DNA of 64,000 nt from an uncultured Solibacteraceae bacterium (lineage in GTDB: Bacteria > Acidobacteriota > Vicinamibacteria > Vicinamibacterales > SCN-69-37): contig CAYYFE010000008.1 of assembly GCA_964471115.1 (NCBI GenBank), positions 34,597 to 98,596 on the forward strand, in the 5' to 3' direction. Of the stretch, positions 1 to 8,811 are shown piece by piece. Below the pieces are notes generated by a model. The model had not been told where the DNA came from. It did not search any database and saw only the letters and a program-made list of their open reading frames with translations. The position numbers and the translations under genes are program-made. Position 1 is the first letter of the stretch; each line of letters opens with the position of its first letter.

Positions 1-663
1 CAGAGCCGTCTCGAGGTTGAGCAGATAGCGGCTCATCAGCGGCGTGACGTAGGCGTTGACGACGGTGGTGCTCCAGCGCTCGTATTCGCGGTACTCGGGC
101 AGGACCTCGTGCGAGGCGCACACGGTGAGTCCGGACTGCCGGAGCAGCGTGGCCACGTGCCGTTCGTGCGCGGGATTGACGTAGGCGTGCAGCAGGCAGA
201 CCGCCACCACCTCCACCCGCCGGTCGTGCAGCACGCGGGCCAGTCGATCCACCTCATCCTCGTTGACCGGCTCCAGCACGGCACCGGTGGCGTCAAGCCG
301 TTCGTGCAGACCGAAGGTCAACGCGGCGTCTACCAGCGGGGGCCGGGGCGCAACGAACACGTTGTACAACTCGGGCCGGGTCTGGCGGCCAATCTTGAGC
401 ACGTCTTCGAACCCGTGCGTCGCAACCAGCGCGACCCGCGCCCCCTTTCGTTCGAGCACGGCATTGGTCGCCACCGTTGACCCGTGCACGACGTCCGGAT
501 CCTGACGTCCCCCGGCGCCGGAGGCCCGCAAGTCCCCGAGGCCGTCAAGGATGGCCCGGGATGGGTCGTCAGGGGTGGACCGCTGCTTGTGCACCACGAG
601 GCCCGTTGGGGTGAGCTGGACGAAGTCGGTGAAGGTGCCACCCGTGTCTATGCCGACGCGCAT
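1..663 (-). CDS. hydantoinase/oxoprolinase family protein (N-terminal 221 codons; 3' end lies beyond the left window edge)
   Basis: Absent from the ORF track because it has no stop in the window. Manual reverse-strand translation from ATG at 663 gives MRVGIDTGGTFTDFVQLTPTGLVVHKQRSTPDDPSRAILDG, the GIDTGGTFTD N-terminal signature of HyuA/oxoprolinase-type enzymes. Confidence 0.75.
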   Translation of the reverse strand, partial: MRVGIDTGGTFTDFVQLTPTGLVVHKQRSTPDDPSRAILDGLGDLRASGAGGRQDPDVVHGSTVATNAVLERKGARVALVATHGFEDVLKIGRQTRPELYNVFVAPRPPLVDAALTFGLHERLDATGAVLEPVNEDEVDRLARVLHDRRVEVVAVCLLHAYVNPAHERHVATLLRQSGLTVCASHEVLPEYREYERWSTTVVNAYVTPLMSRYLLNLETAL

Positions 664-684
664 CGGGACAGATTCTAGTGCCAG

Positions 685-729
685 GGTCCACAAGGTCCAC
701 AGGGTCCACAGGGGCCACAAGGACAAATG
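685..729. repeat. tandem 9-nt array (GGTCCACAR, about 4-5 units)
   Basis: Read directly: ggtccacaa ggtccacag ggtccacag gggccacaa ggacaaatg. Intergenic, just upstream of the hydantoinase start. Confidence 0.8.
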
Positions 730-904
730 CGTAAGGCCAGCGACAGAATCCGCGGCGGTGGAAGGGTGCGGATGTCGCGCCGAGTCGGCCCAAGGACATC
801 AGAAGGTCTCTGAAGCGGGACGGCACGAAGCTTGCTACTTAGGAGCGCGAATCACTTGATTCCGCGGCAAGCGCCGCGGAGAGCTGGGGAGCCTGGTGGT
901 TCAC

Positions 905-932
905 AAGGCCCGCGCAAGCGGGCCTTTTTTTT
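905..932 (+). terminator. Rho-independent terminator (7-bp GC stem, GCAA tetraloop, T8)
   Basis: aaGGCCCGC-GCAA-GCGGGCCtttttttt. Perfect stem followed by eight T, the only such T-run-plus-hairpin I found in this GC-rich window. It lies 47 nt upstream of the ATG at 979. Confidence 0.8.
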
Positions 933-978
933 CGTCCCAACCCGCAACATCCCAGGCGGTTCTTCCGTCGGACGGCTC

Positions 979-3321
979 ATGCCACATCTGCTGCGCGGGC
1001 TCCGTTCGGGCGTCGTCCTGTTTCGCACATCCCCGCTGGCCACTGCCGCGGCCGTCGTCGCCCTGGCGCTGGGCCTGGGCTTCAGCACCACGATCTACAG
1101 CATCGTGCACGGCGCGACACGAAGCCTGCCCGTTCACGAGCCTGAACAGGTCGTGGCGGTGCAGCTGCGGCCCACCGGATCACCGGCCGGCAATCCGGGT
1201 GCGCGCGGGCTGGAACTGGCGCAGTGGCGCGAGGCCGCCGGCGGCCGCGCGGCGCTCGAGGCTTTCGAGACTCTGTCGGTGAACGTGAGCGATGCGGGCG
1301 ACCACAGCCCCATCCCGGAGCGCGTGGCGGCGGCTCGGATCACGTGGTCGACGTTTGAAGTGCTCGGCGTGCCACCACAAGCAGGCCGAGGCTTCGCGGC
1401 CACGGACGGCGACCCGGGCGCGCCACGGGCTGTGGTCATCTCCTCCGCGCTCTGGGATCGCCGCTACGGGCGGGATGACGTCATCGGCAAAGTCATCAGG
1501 CTCGACGGTGTGCCCCACACGGTCGCCGGCATCATGCCGGAGCGCTTCGGCTTTCCAATTCGCACGGACGTCTGGGTGCCCATGGCCGAGCGCACCGCCA
1601 ATCCGGCGATCGTACAGGTGTGGGGCCGGTTGGACGCCGGCACGAGCCGCGAGGCGCTGGCGTCGCTGCTGCAGGGATCGACCGATCGGACTCTGGCAGT
1701 GGACGTGATCCCGTTCACCAACCTCGAGACCCCCCGAGAAGTCGTGGCGGCGCTGTACGTGCTGCTGCTGGCCGTCAGCGGCGTGTTGCTCATCGCGTGC
1801 GTCAACGTCGCCAATCTCTTTCTCGCCAGGGCAGCGGCCCGGGCGCGCGATACGGCCGTGCGCCTGGCACTTGGCGCCTCACGCCGTGTCCTGCTGCTCG
1901 AACAGACGGGCGAAGCGCTGCTCCTGACCCTGCTCGCCCTGGGCGCCGGGGTCTGGCTCGCCGTGGCGGGAACGCAGCTGTTTGCCGGCGGCACGTCGCA
2001 CATCATCGAAGCCTACTGGGTGGAGTTTCGCGTCGATGGGGTCGTGCTGGCCTGGGCGTCGGCGCTGGCGCTGCTGGCGGCGGTGCTGGCCGCCGTCTTG
2101 CCGGCGGTCAGGGCGGCGCGGACCGATGTCATTCACACCCTGCGCGACGGCGCGGGCGCGACGCGCCGATCGGCAGGCCGCACCAGCCGTGTGCTCATGT
2201 CCGCGCAGGTGGCCCTGGCGTGCGCGTTGCTGGCCCTGACGCTGCTGCTCGGCCGCACCGCGCTTGCGGTGCAGGACACGGCGTGGCCGTTTGACGCCGA
2301 CGCGGTCTGGTCCACCAACCTCTCGATTCCCCAGACCACGCTCGAGAACCCGGAGTCGCGCACACGGCTGCTGGATCGTCTGGACGATGAACTCCGATCG
2401 ATGCCGGGCGCCCGAGGGGCGCTGGCGTCCGCGCTGCCGGGGCGCGGTTCGGGCCAGTGGACCTTCGGGCTCGACACCCCGCCGGACAGCAAGGAAACGA
2501 CCGGCCTGACCTCACTCACGCTGGTGTCGCCCGACTACTTCGCCGTGTTGGGCGCCCGCGCCCTGCGCGGCCGGCTGCTGGACCACAGTGACCGCGCCGG
2601 CAGTCCGCTGGTGGTGGTCGTGAATGAGAGCTTCGTCCGCAGGCACTCGCCGAACCAGGACCCCATCGGCCGGCGCGTGGTGCTGGGTCAGCGCAGCCTC
2701 ACGATCGTGGGTGTCGTGCCCGACCTGGTGCCCAACGACCTGCAGGACCTTCATCAGGACGGCATCTACGGCGCCATCAGTCAGGGACGGCCGTTCGCGG
2801 TGCGAGTGGTGGCCGCGGGTGCGGTCTCTCCCCGTTCGCTGCAGGACCTGGTCACGCGCGTCGATCCCGACATTCCCCTGTACGAGACCTTCACGGTGCG
2901 CGAGGCGGCGCTGCGCGACAAGCAGATCCTGACGGTGTTGTCAGGTCTGTTCGCCCTGTTCGGCACCGGCGCCCTCACGATGACGGCCATTGGGCTGTAC
3001 AGCGTGATGACGCTGCTGGTGGCCTTGCGGCGCCGTGAGTTTGGTGTGCGGCTGGCGCTGGGCGCGACGCGGCGCGACCTGCTGCTGATGGTCGCCCGTC
3101 AGGGCGGGCGTCAGGTGGCTGCCGGCCTCACGCTCGGGGTGCTGCTCGGTCTGGGAATGGCTACGGTCTTCTCGAGCGTCGTCGAGGCGGTGGCGGTGGA
3201 CGCCACCGGGCTGGTCGCGGGCATCATCGCCGCGATGGCCATGACGTCAGCCATTGCGCTCGCGGTTCCCACCTGGACCGCCAGCCGGGTGGATCCAATC
3301 ACGGCGCTTCGCGCCGACTGA
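979..3321 (+). CDS. ADOP family duplicated permease (MacB/FtsX-like), no PadR partner
   Basis: In-frame ATG at 979 within ORF 832..3321. N-terminal TM segment (TSPLATAAAVVALALGLGFSTTIYSIVHG), two large periplasmic domains and two FtsX-type 3-TM bundles, ending DPITALRAD as in MacB/FtsX permeases. Confidence 0.85.
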   Translation: MPHLLRGLRSGVVLFRTSPLATAAAVVALALGLGFSTTIYSIVHGATRSLPVHEPEQVVAVQLRPTGSPAGNPGARGLELAQWREAAGGRAALEAFETLSVNVSDAGDHSPIPERVAAARITWSTFEVLGVPPQAGRGFAATDGDPGAPRAVVISSALWDRRYGRDDVIGKVIRLDGVPHTVAGIMPERFGFPIRTDVWVPMAERTANPAIVQVWGRLDAGTSREALASLLQGSTDRTLAVDVIPFTNLETPREVVAALYVLLLAVSGVLLIACVNVANLFLARAAARARDTAVRLALGASRRVLLLEQTGEALLLTLLALGAGVWLAVAGTQLFAGGTSHIIEAYWVEFRVDGVVLAWASALALLAAVLAAVLPAVRAARTDVIHTLRDGAGATRRSAGRTSRVLMSAQVALACALLALTLLLGRTALAVQDTAWPFDADAVWSTNLSIPQTTLENPESRTRLLDRLDDELRSMPGARGALASALPGRGSGQWTFGLDTPPDSKETTGLTSLTLVSPDYFAVLGARALRGRLLDHSDRAGSPLVVVVNESFVRRHSPNQDPIGRRVVLGQRSLTIVGVVPDLVPNDLQDLHQDGIYGAISQGRPFAVRVVAAGAVSPRSLQDLVTRVDPDIPLYETFTVREAALRDKQILTVLSGLFALFGTGALTMTAIGLYSVMTLLVALRRREFGVRLALGATRRDLLLMVARQGGRQVAAGLTLGVLLGLGMATVFSSVVEAVAVDATGLVAGIIAAMAMTSAIALAVPTWTASRVDPITALRAD

Positions 3322-3331
3322 TCGGACCCTG

Positions 3332-4462
3332 CTACCCGATCGCCCCTTCGGGGTACTGCAGGGCGAGGCGCAGTTCCTTGGCGAGCTGGTCGACGGTCGA
3401 GCCTGACCGCTTCCAGGCGCCGTCGGTTTCAAAGCGCAGGTCGCCGATGCGGCGGCCCCACGGCGCAATGATGCGGCCGATGGCGCGGAAGTCGGCGCGG
3501 TCGGCGCGCTGCTGGTCGAGGTGTTTGACGATGTCCGGGGCCACGCGAATGAAGGCGCGCAGGGCCGGCGCGGTGCGGATCGAGTACTTGCGGCCGTTCC
3601 AGGCCGCGGTGAACACCACGGCGACCTGCTTGAAGTAGTTGACGAAGAACCGCGTGGCTTCGTCGCGGAAGTCTTCGGCCTTGCGGCCCGTGCCGAACGC
3701 CTCGGACGCAAACAGCTTCTTCAGCTCCTGGGCCAGCGGCGCCTGGGCCACGCGGCCGTGTCCGACGCCCAGCAGTTTGATGTCGCCGTGCAGCGGCGAG
3801 TCTTCGCGCTCGCTGAGCGCGCGCACCACGTCGTGCGCCACGGCCAGATTTTCGTCGCGGTAGAGCTGGCGGCCCGAGAGCGACACCAGGTGCGACGCGT
3901 TCAACCGCGTGTGTTTGGCGTTGATCGTGACGAACATCTGGACGACGTGATCTTCGGGCAGGCGGTCGAAGATGACCGCGGGCACGGTGAACGGCTCGTC
4001 GCCGAACTGGTCGATGCCGGCGTGCAGCGCCAGCAGGCGGTGCTGGCCGTCGATGGCGCGCAGGATGCCTTCGCGTTCAGGCACCTTGAGGATGCCGAGC
4101 GACGGTTCGCCCGCCATGGCCTCGAACTTGAGCGGCTCGTCGCAGGAAATGATGACCGCACCGGCAATCGACGGCAGGTCGCGCGCCTGGCGGCACTGCT
4201 CGTAATACCCGACCAGTTCATCGATCTTCTTGCGGATGATCTGACGCTGGTAGGCCTTGTCAGTGGCCGCGATGCGCCGTTCGAGCAGGTCCCACCGGAC
4301 TTTGCTCTGACGGGCGGCGCCGCGGACGCCGGTCTGGGGTCCGTGGTTCTCGTAGTCCAGAACCTCGAAACGGACGAGTTTGTCGATGTCCTTGGCGGTC
4401 AGGCTGGCCTGGTAGAACGTCACGCCAAACTGCTGCATCCGGAGGGCGGCAACACTGATCAT
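3332..4462 (-). CDS. DGQHR domain-containing protein (DndB-like, ParB/Srx nuclease superfamily)
   Basis: ATG at 4462 (MISVAALRMQQFGVTFYQ) within ORF 3332..4651. Literal DGQHR motif in ILRAIDGQHRLLALHAG and FVTINAKHTRL downstream, as in DndB-type proteins. Confidence 0.75.
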   Translation of the reverse strand: MISVAALRMQQFGVTFYQASLTAKDIDKLVRFEVLDYENHGPQTGVRGAARQSKVRWDLLERRIAATDKAYQRQIIRKKIDELVGYYEQCRQARDLPSIAGAVIISCDEPLKFEAMAGEPSLGILKVPEREGILRAIDGQHRLLALHAGIDQFGDEPFTVPAVIFDRLPEDHVVQMFVTINAKHTRLNASHLVSLSGRQLYRDENLAVAHDVVRALSEREDSPLHGDIKLLGVGHGRVAQAPLAQELKKLFASEAFGTGRKAEDFRDEATRFFVNYFKQVAVVFTAAWNGRKYSIRTAPALRAFIRVAPDIVKHLDQQRADRADFRAIGRIIAPWGRRIGDLRFETDGAWKRSGSTVDQLAKELRLALQYPEGAIG

Positions 4463-4538
4463 GGAACCCGGATTGTATCGTGGTAGTCTTTCGGCGCAAA
4501 CCGCTGTTTTTCCGCCAGTTTTCAAGGAGTCGAGAGCA

Positions 4539-7500
4539 ATGAGCGTCGCTGGAACGTCCCGCTGGACCCGCAGGGTCCTGGGAGCCTGCGTCCTTGGCCT
4601 GGCCGTCGCCATCCTGACGGTCGAGCCGCTGCCCGCCCAGCAATGGGTCACAGATACCCGGGACCCGAAGCAGGCCCAGGACGAAGAATTCGCGAAACTC
4701 TACCGCGAGTGGACCGGCGACCCCATGTACGGGTCCCCCCTCGTGGACCACCTGCCCAAGGTGCCGGGCATCCCGACGCCCAAGGACGTGCTGGGGTACC
4801 ACATCGGCGCCCCGGAGAAGCTGACCTACTACGCCGACATCCTGAAGTACTACCGGGCGCTGGCCGCGGCCACGCCGCGGGTCCGGGTGGAGACCATTGG
4901 CAAGTCGGACGAGGGGCGCGAGCTGGTGGTGGTGTGGGTGTCGTCGGACGCCAACATGAAAAACCTCCAGCAGAACCGCGACAACCTGAAGCGGATTGCC
5001 GACCCGCGCGGGCTGTCCGACGCCGATGTGCGGCGCCTGATTGCCACGACCAAGCCGCATTACCACCTGATGGGCGGCCTGCACTCGGGCGAGCTGGGCC
5101 CACCTGAGATGTTGATGGAACTGGTCTACCGCCTGGCGGTGGAGACCTCTCCGCTCATCACGCAGATTCGCAACAACGTGATCGTGTCGGTGACGCCGGT
5201 GGCTGATGCGGACGGCCGCGATCGCAACCTCGACTGGACGTTCCAGACGCGAGACCTGCAGGCGGCGGCCGCCGGGCCGGGCGCGGCGGGCGCCGGGGCG
5301 GGTGCGGGCCGTGGCGGCGGCGCGCCGATTCCTTACTGGGGCAAGTACGTCTATCACGACAACAACCGCGACATTAACCTCTCGCAGATGCAGATGCGCG
5401 CGCTGGGTGACTGGTACTTCACCGCGTACCCACCCATCATGCACGACCTGCACGAGTCACTGACGCTGCTCTACACCTACAGCGGCGGCCCGCCCCAGAA
5501 CCCGAACCTCGATCCGATCCTGTTCGCGGACCTGCGGCTCTGGGCCGACTTTGAACTGTCGCAGATGACGAAATACGGCATGCCGGGCGTGTATACCCAC
5601 GCGTTCATGGATGGCTGGTCGCCGGGCTACCTCGGCTCGATCGCCTACAACCACAACGGCATGATGAAGATGTACGAAACGCAGTCGGGTAACGACTCGA
5701 GGGCGTTGCGAGTGGCGGCAAGTGGCGGCGGAGTGGCGGCAAGTGGCGGCACCGCAAGTGGCGGCGGAGTGGCGGCAAGTGGCGGCCAGGCGGCAAGTGG
5801 CGGCCAGGCGGCGGGGGCCGGCCCGGGCCGTGGCGGCCGGGGCGCTGGCGCGCCCGCCGGTGGCGGACGAGGTGAAGGCGCGGGCCAGGCCGCGGGCCGG
5901 GGGGCCCAGCCGCCCGCCGCAGCCGGCCGCCAGGGCGGCGGTCGCGCGGGAGGCATTCCCACCGGCGCCGGCGGCGGACAGCCGCGTGAATGGTATCGGG
6001 GCTTGCCGGTACCGCCCGACGCGGTGGCGAACTTCTCCCGCCGCAACAACACGAACTACATGCAGACGGGCGTGCTCTCGGCGCTGCAGTTCACCTCGAT
6101 GGTGCCCAACATGGTCATCGAGAACTTCTACGTGAAGACCCGCAACTCGATGCAGCGCGGCCTCAATGAAGCGCCGCACGCCTACGTGATTCCGGTGCAG
6201 CGCGACATGACGCGTGTGGCCGAGATGCTGCGGATCTTCGCCATCCAGGGAATCGAAGTCAGCCAGGCCAAGGCGGCCTTCAAGGTCGGCGACGAATCCT
6301 TCCCGGCCGGCTCGTACCTGGTCAAGGCCGGCCAGCCGTACTGGAGCCTTGCCAAGAACCTGCTCGAAAAGCAGGACTACCCGGATGAACGGCTGTCGAC
6401 CTACGACGACTCGGGCTGGACGATGGGGCCGGCCATGGGTGTGGACGTGCGCGAGATTCGCGACAAGCAGGTGCTGGAGGTGCCCGCGACCATCGTGAAG
6501 CAGTCGACGCACGGCGCCAGCATCGGCGGCACCGGCACGGCCGCGCTCGCCGTGGCGCACTTCGGCTCGAACAACATGATCTCGTTCCGCTTCGCGATGA
6601 AGGACACGCCGATGAAGGTGGCGCGCAAGGCCTTCACGGCCGGCGGCATCGAGTTCCCCGCCGGCTCGTTCATCGTGACGTCGAACATCCCGGCCGCGCG
6701 CGCGGCGGTCGAGAAGTTCGGCCTCACCGCGGCCGCGCTGGCCTCGGCGCCCACCGTCGAGACCCACGAGGCCGACGTGCCGCGTGTGGCGATCTACTCG
6801 CAGTGGAGCGGCACGCAGGAACTCGGCTGGTACCGTCATGCCTTCGACCAGTTCGGCATCCCCTTCGACCTCATCTACAAGGAGCGGGTGGTCAAGGGCA
6901 ACCTGAAGGCCGACTACGACGTGATCGTCATGGCCTACCAGGGCATCAACCGGCAGTCGGTGATGCAGCAGCCGGCCGCGCGGCCGGTGCCGTACAAGAA
7001 GACGGACAAGTTCCAGTTCCTCGGGATGTACGGCGAAACCGATGACGTCACCGGCGGGTTCGGGCAGGCCGGCGTCGACGCGTTCGCCGCGTTCCTCGAG
7101 GCGGGCGGCACGCTCATCGCCGCGCACAACGCCACGCGGTTCCCGATCGAGTTCGGGTTCACGCGCACGGTCGACACCGAGCAGGTGTCAGGCGTCACCG
7201 CGCAGCGGCCGCTCGTGCAGGCCGAGATCTCGAAGCCGGAGCATCCGGTGTTCTACGGCTACGGCAAACCCGAGTTCGCGGTGAAATACGTGAACGGCCC
7301 CTTCCTGCGCACGGGCATGGCCGAACAGGGCAACGTCCTGGCGCGGTACAAGGGCGGAGACGACGCGATCATTTCCGGCCTGATGGTGGGCGCCGACACG
7401 CTCGCGGGCCGGCCGATCGCGATTGACGTGCCCAACGCCTACAACGGCAAGGGACGCGTGATCCTGTTCGCCAACAACCCGATCTATCGCTGGCAGAACC

Positions 7501-7553
7501 ACGGCGAGTTCAACATGGTGTTCAACTCGATCGTGAACTGGAACGATAAATAG
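4539..7553 (+). CDS. M14 family zinc carboxypeptidase-like protein with long Gly/Ala-rich inserts
   Basis: ATG at 4539 followed by a signal peptide (VLGACVLGLAVAILTVEPLPAQQ). HxxE zinc motif in GGLHSGELGPPE. Low-complexity inserts are encoded at about 5259-5325 and 5700-5985. Confidence 0.7.
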   Translation: MSVAGTSRWTRRVLGACVLGLAVAILTVEPLPAQQWVTDTRDPKQAQDEEFAKLYREWTGDPMYGSPLVDHLPKVPGIPTPKDVLGYHIGAPEKLTYYADILKYYRALAAATPRVRVETIGKSDEGRELVVVWVSSDANMKNLQQNRDNLKRIADPRGLSDADVRRLIATTKPHYHLMGGLHSGELGPPEMLMELVYRLAVETSPLITQIRNNVIVSVTPVADADGRDRNLDWTFQTRDLQAAAAGPGAAGAGAGAGRGGGAPIPYWGKYVYHDNNRDINLSQMQMRALGDWYFTAYPPIMHDLHESLTLLYTYSGGPPQNPNLDPILFADLRLWADFELSQMTKYGMPGVYTHAFMDGWSPGYLGSIAYNHNGMMKMYETQSGNDSRALRVAASGGGVAASGGTASGGGVAASGGQAASGGQAAGAGPGRGGRGAGAPAGGGRGEGAGQAAGRGAQPPAAAGRQGGGRAGGIPTGAGGGQPREWYRGLPVPPDAVANFSRRNNTNYMQTGVLSALQFTSMVPNMVIENFYVKTRNSMQRGLNEAPHAYVIPVQRDMTRVAEMLRIFAIQGIEVSQAKAAFKVGDESFPAGSYLVKAGQPYWSLAKNLLEKQDYPDERLSTYDDSGWTMGPAMGVDVREIRDKQVLEVPATIVKQSTHGASIGGTGTAALAVAHFGSNNMISFRFAMKDTPMKVARKAFTAGGIEFPAGSFIVTSNIPAARAAVEKFGLTAAALASAPTVETHEADVPRVAIYSQWSGTQELGWYRHAFDQFGIPFDLIYKERVVKGNLKADYDVIVMAYQGINRQSVMQQPAARPVPYKKTDKFQFLGMYGETDDVTGGFGQAGVDAFAAFLEAGGTLIAAHNATRFPIEFGFTRTVDTEQVSGVTAQRPLVQAEISKPEHPVFYGYGKPEFAVKYVNGPFLRTGMAEQGNVLARYKGGDDAIISGLMVGADTLAGRPIAIDVPNAYNGKGRVILFANNPIYRWQNHGEFNMVFNSIVNWNDK

Positions 7554-7564
7554 GCCACAGGCTG

Positions 7565-7598
7565 CAGGGATCAGGGCTCAGGGATCAGGGCCCTGATC
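7565..7598. repeat. heptamer array CAGGGMY x4 containing the 16-bp perfect palindrome GATCAGGGCCCTGATC
   Basis: cagggat cagggct cagggat cagggcc at 7565-7592; palindrome at 7583-7598. Sits at the junction of convergent genes and overlaps the last codons (RALIPEP) of the minus-strand gene. Confidence 0.7.
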
Positions 7599-8242
7599 TC
7601 CTTGATCTCGAAGCGGAATGTGCCATCGGCGCTGGCGCCCCAACGCCAGTGCCGAAGGCCGCCGGGCGAGGTGGTGAGCGGGCCGAAGGTGGTGCCCGTC
7701 TCGTTGTCCCACGTGCCGAACAGGATCGGTTCGCCCAGCGAGTTGAGGACGAGCCAGTTGAGCCGCCGCCCGTCGGCGCGGTAGATATCGATCCGGTTGG
7801 CGCCTGAGGCGCGGACCGTCAGGTCGGGATCGCGCCGAGCCAGGCGATGCAGCGTGCGGTACACGTTGGATTCCCACCACGCGTATTCCGAAGCCACCTG
7901 TTCGGGCGTCAGCGGGTTTGTCTCGCCGCCAACCCTCCTCGAGCCCGCGGCGCCGTCAAGTTCGCGTTCACGCGTCTGGCCGCCGATGTGCGCCTCGATC
8001 CGCACCTTCGGCGCGGTGAAGTCGTTCCAGATCTGATTGCGGAACGGCGCGCCGATGGTCGCGTCCCAATGGGTCGCATCCACGTGCACGGCGGACGTGC
8101 GCGCCCACAGGGCGCGACCGCCCATGGCCTCGAGCAGCGCGTCAACCCGCGCCTCGGCTGAGGCCGGCTGAGCGGTCCACGCGGTGGTCGTCACCATCAT
8201 CGCCACGGCAGCCATCCACATCGTCCTTCGCAGGGTGTGCAT
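7571..8242 (-). CDS. hypothetical secreted protein
   Basis: ORF with a signal-peptide-like N-terminus (MWMAAVAMMVTTTAWTAQPASA) and non-biased composition. No family recognised. Confidence 0.5.
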   Translation of the reverse strand: MHTLRRTMWMAAVAMMVTTTAWTAQPASAEARVDALLEAMGGRALWARTSAVHVDATHWDATIGAPFRNQIWNDFTAPKVRIEAHIGGQTRERELDGAAGSRRVGGETNPLTPEQVASEYAWWESNVYRTLHRLARRDPDLTVRASGANRIDIYRADGRRLNWLVLNSLGEPILFGTWDNETGTTFGPLTTSPGGLRHWRWGASADGTFRFEIKEIRALIPEP

Positions 8243-8314
8243 CCGGCTACGTTAGCGGTCCGGGTTCGCCGGATCGGCGAGGTTGTGACGACCGCCGCTC
8301 AACCGGGTGTGGAA

Positions 8315-8790
8315 TCAGCGCAGCGATACGCGGCCGGGCGCCTCGAGCCGAAGGACGCGCCCGTCGGCCAGGGTCAGCGGGTAGGCGCCCTGCGGGAGCA
8401 GCAGCGTGTGCTCGGTGGTCGCGCCGCGACGGGCCAGCGTGACCGGCAGATGTTCGTACGGCACGGCGCAGTCACTGCCGGGAACCCCTTCCAGCAGCGC
8501 ACCCGCCAGAAGGGGCGACGGCACGATCTGGCGCCGCTGCGGCAGACCCGTCGTCGGCACCGTCGGCGTGACAATGACCGACTCGTCGGTGGCGTCCGGC
8601 ACGACGACGGTCTGCGCCTCAGCGGGCGTGACGGTGCCGCGTCGGCGCCTACGCAACGACGGCCAATCGATACACACTGCGCGGTAGGTTGTTCACTTCA
8701 ACAGGAAGGGTGAAATCATGAACGGATTCTTCGCGAATGCCCCCGCGCACGTCGTAGTAGATCGTGCCCAGCACCGCCGACACGCTGGGG
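8315..8790 (-). pseudogene. decayed, 5'-truncated paralog of the secreted protein gene at 12989..13840
   Basis: 8333-8640 matches 13013-13320 with about a dozen mismatches. 8650-8775 matches 13590-13730, so about 270 nt are missing between the two blocks. In-frame TAG at 8649-8651 in the homologous frame (LGTIYYDVRGGIREESVHDF...LAVVA*). The signal-peptide end is absent. Confidence 0.65.
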
Positions 8791-8811
8791 CCTTGAGTAA
8801 CGCGTGGCGAC

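Noticed and set aside
551-859. 102-aa plus-strand ORF upstream of the orphan terminator as a possible small protein gene
   Set aside because: Its first third is antisense to the hydantoinase start, it runs through the 9-nt tandem array, and it is Arg/His/Gly-rich. A non-coding transcript is the more economical explanation for the terminator.
4260-7127. 397-aa and 556-aa minus-strand ORFs (4260..5453, 5457..7127)
   Set aside because: They are antisense to the M14 peptidase gene (signal peptide and HxxE motif on the plus strand). Their composition is strongly Arg/Gly/His-biased.
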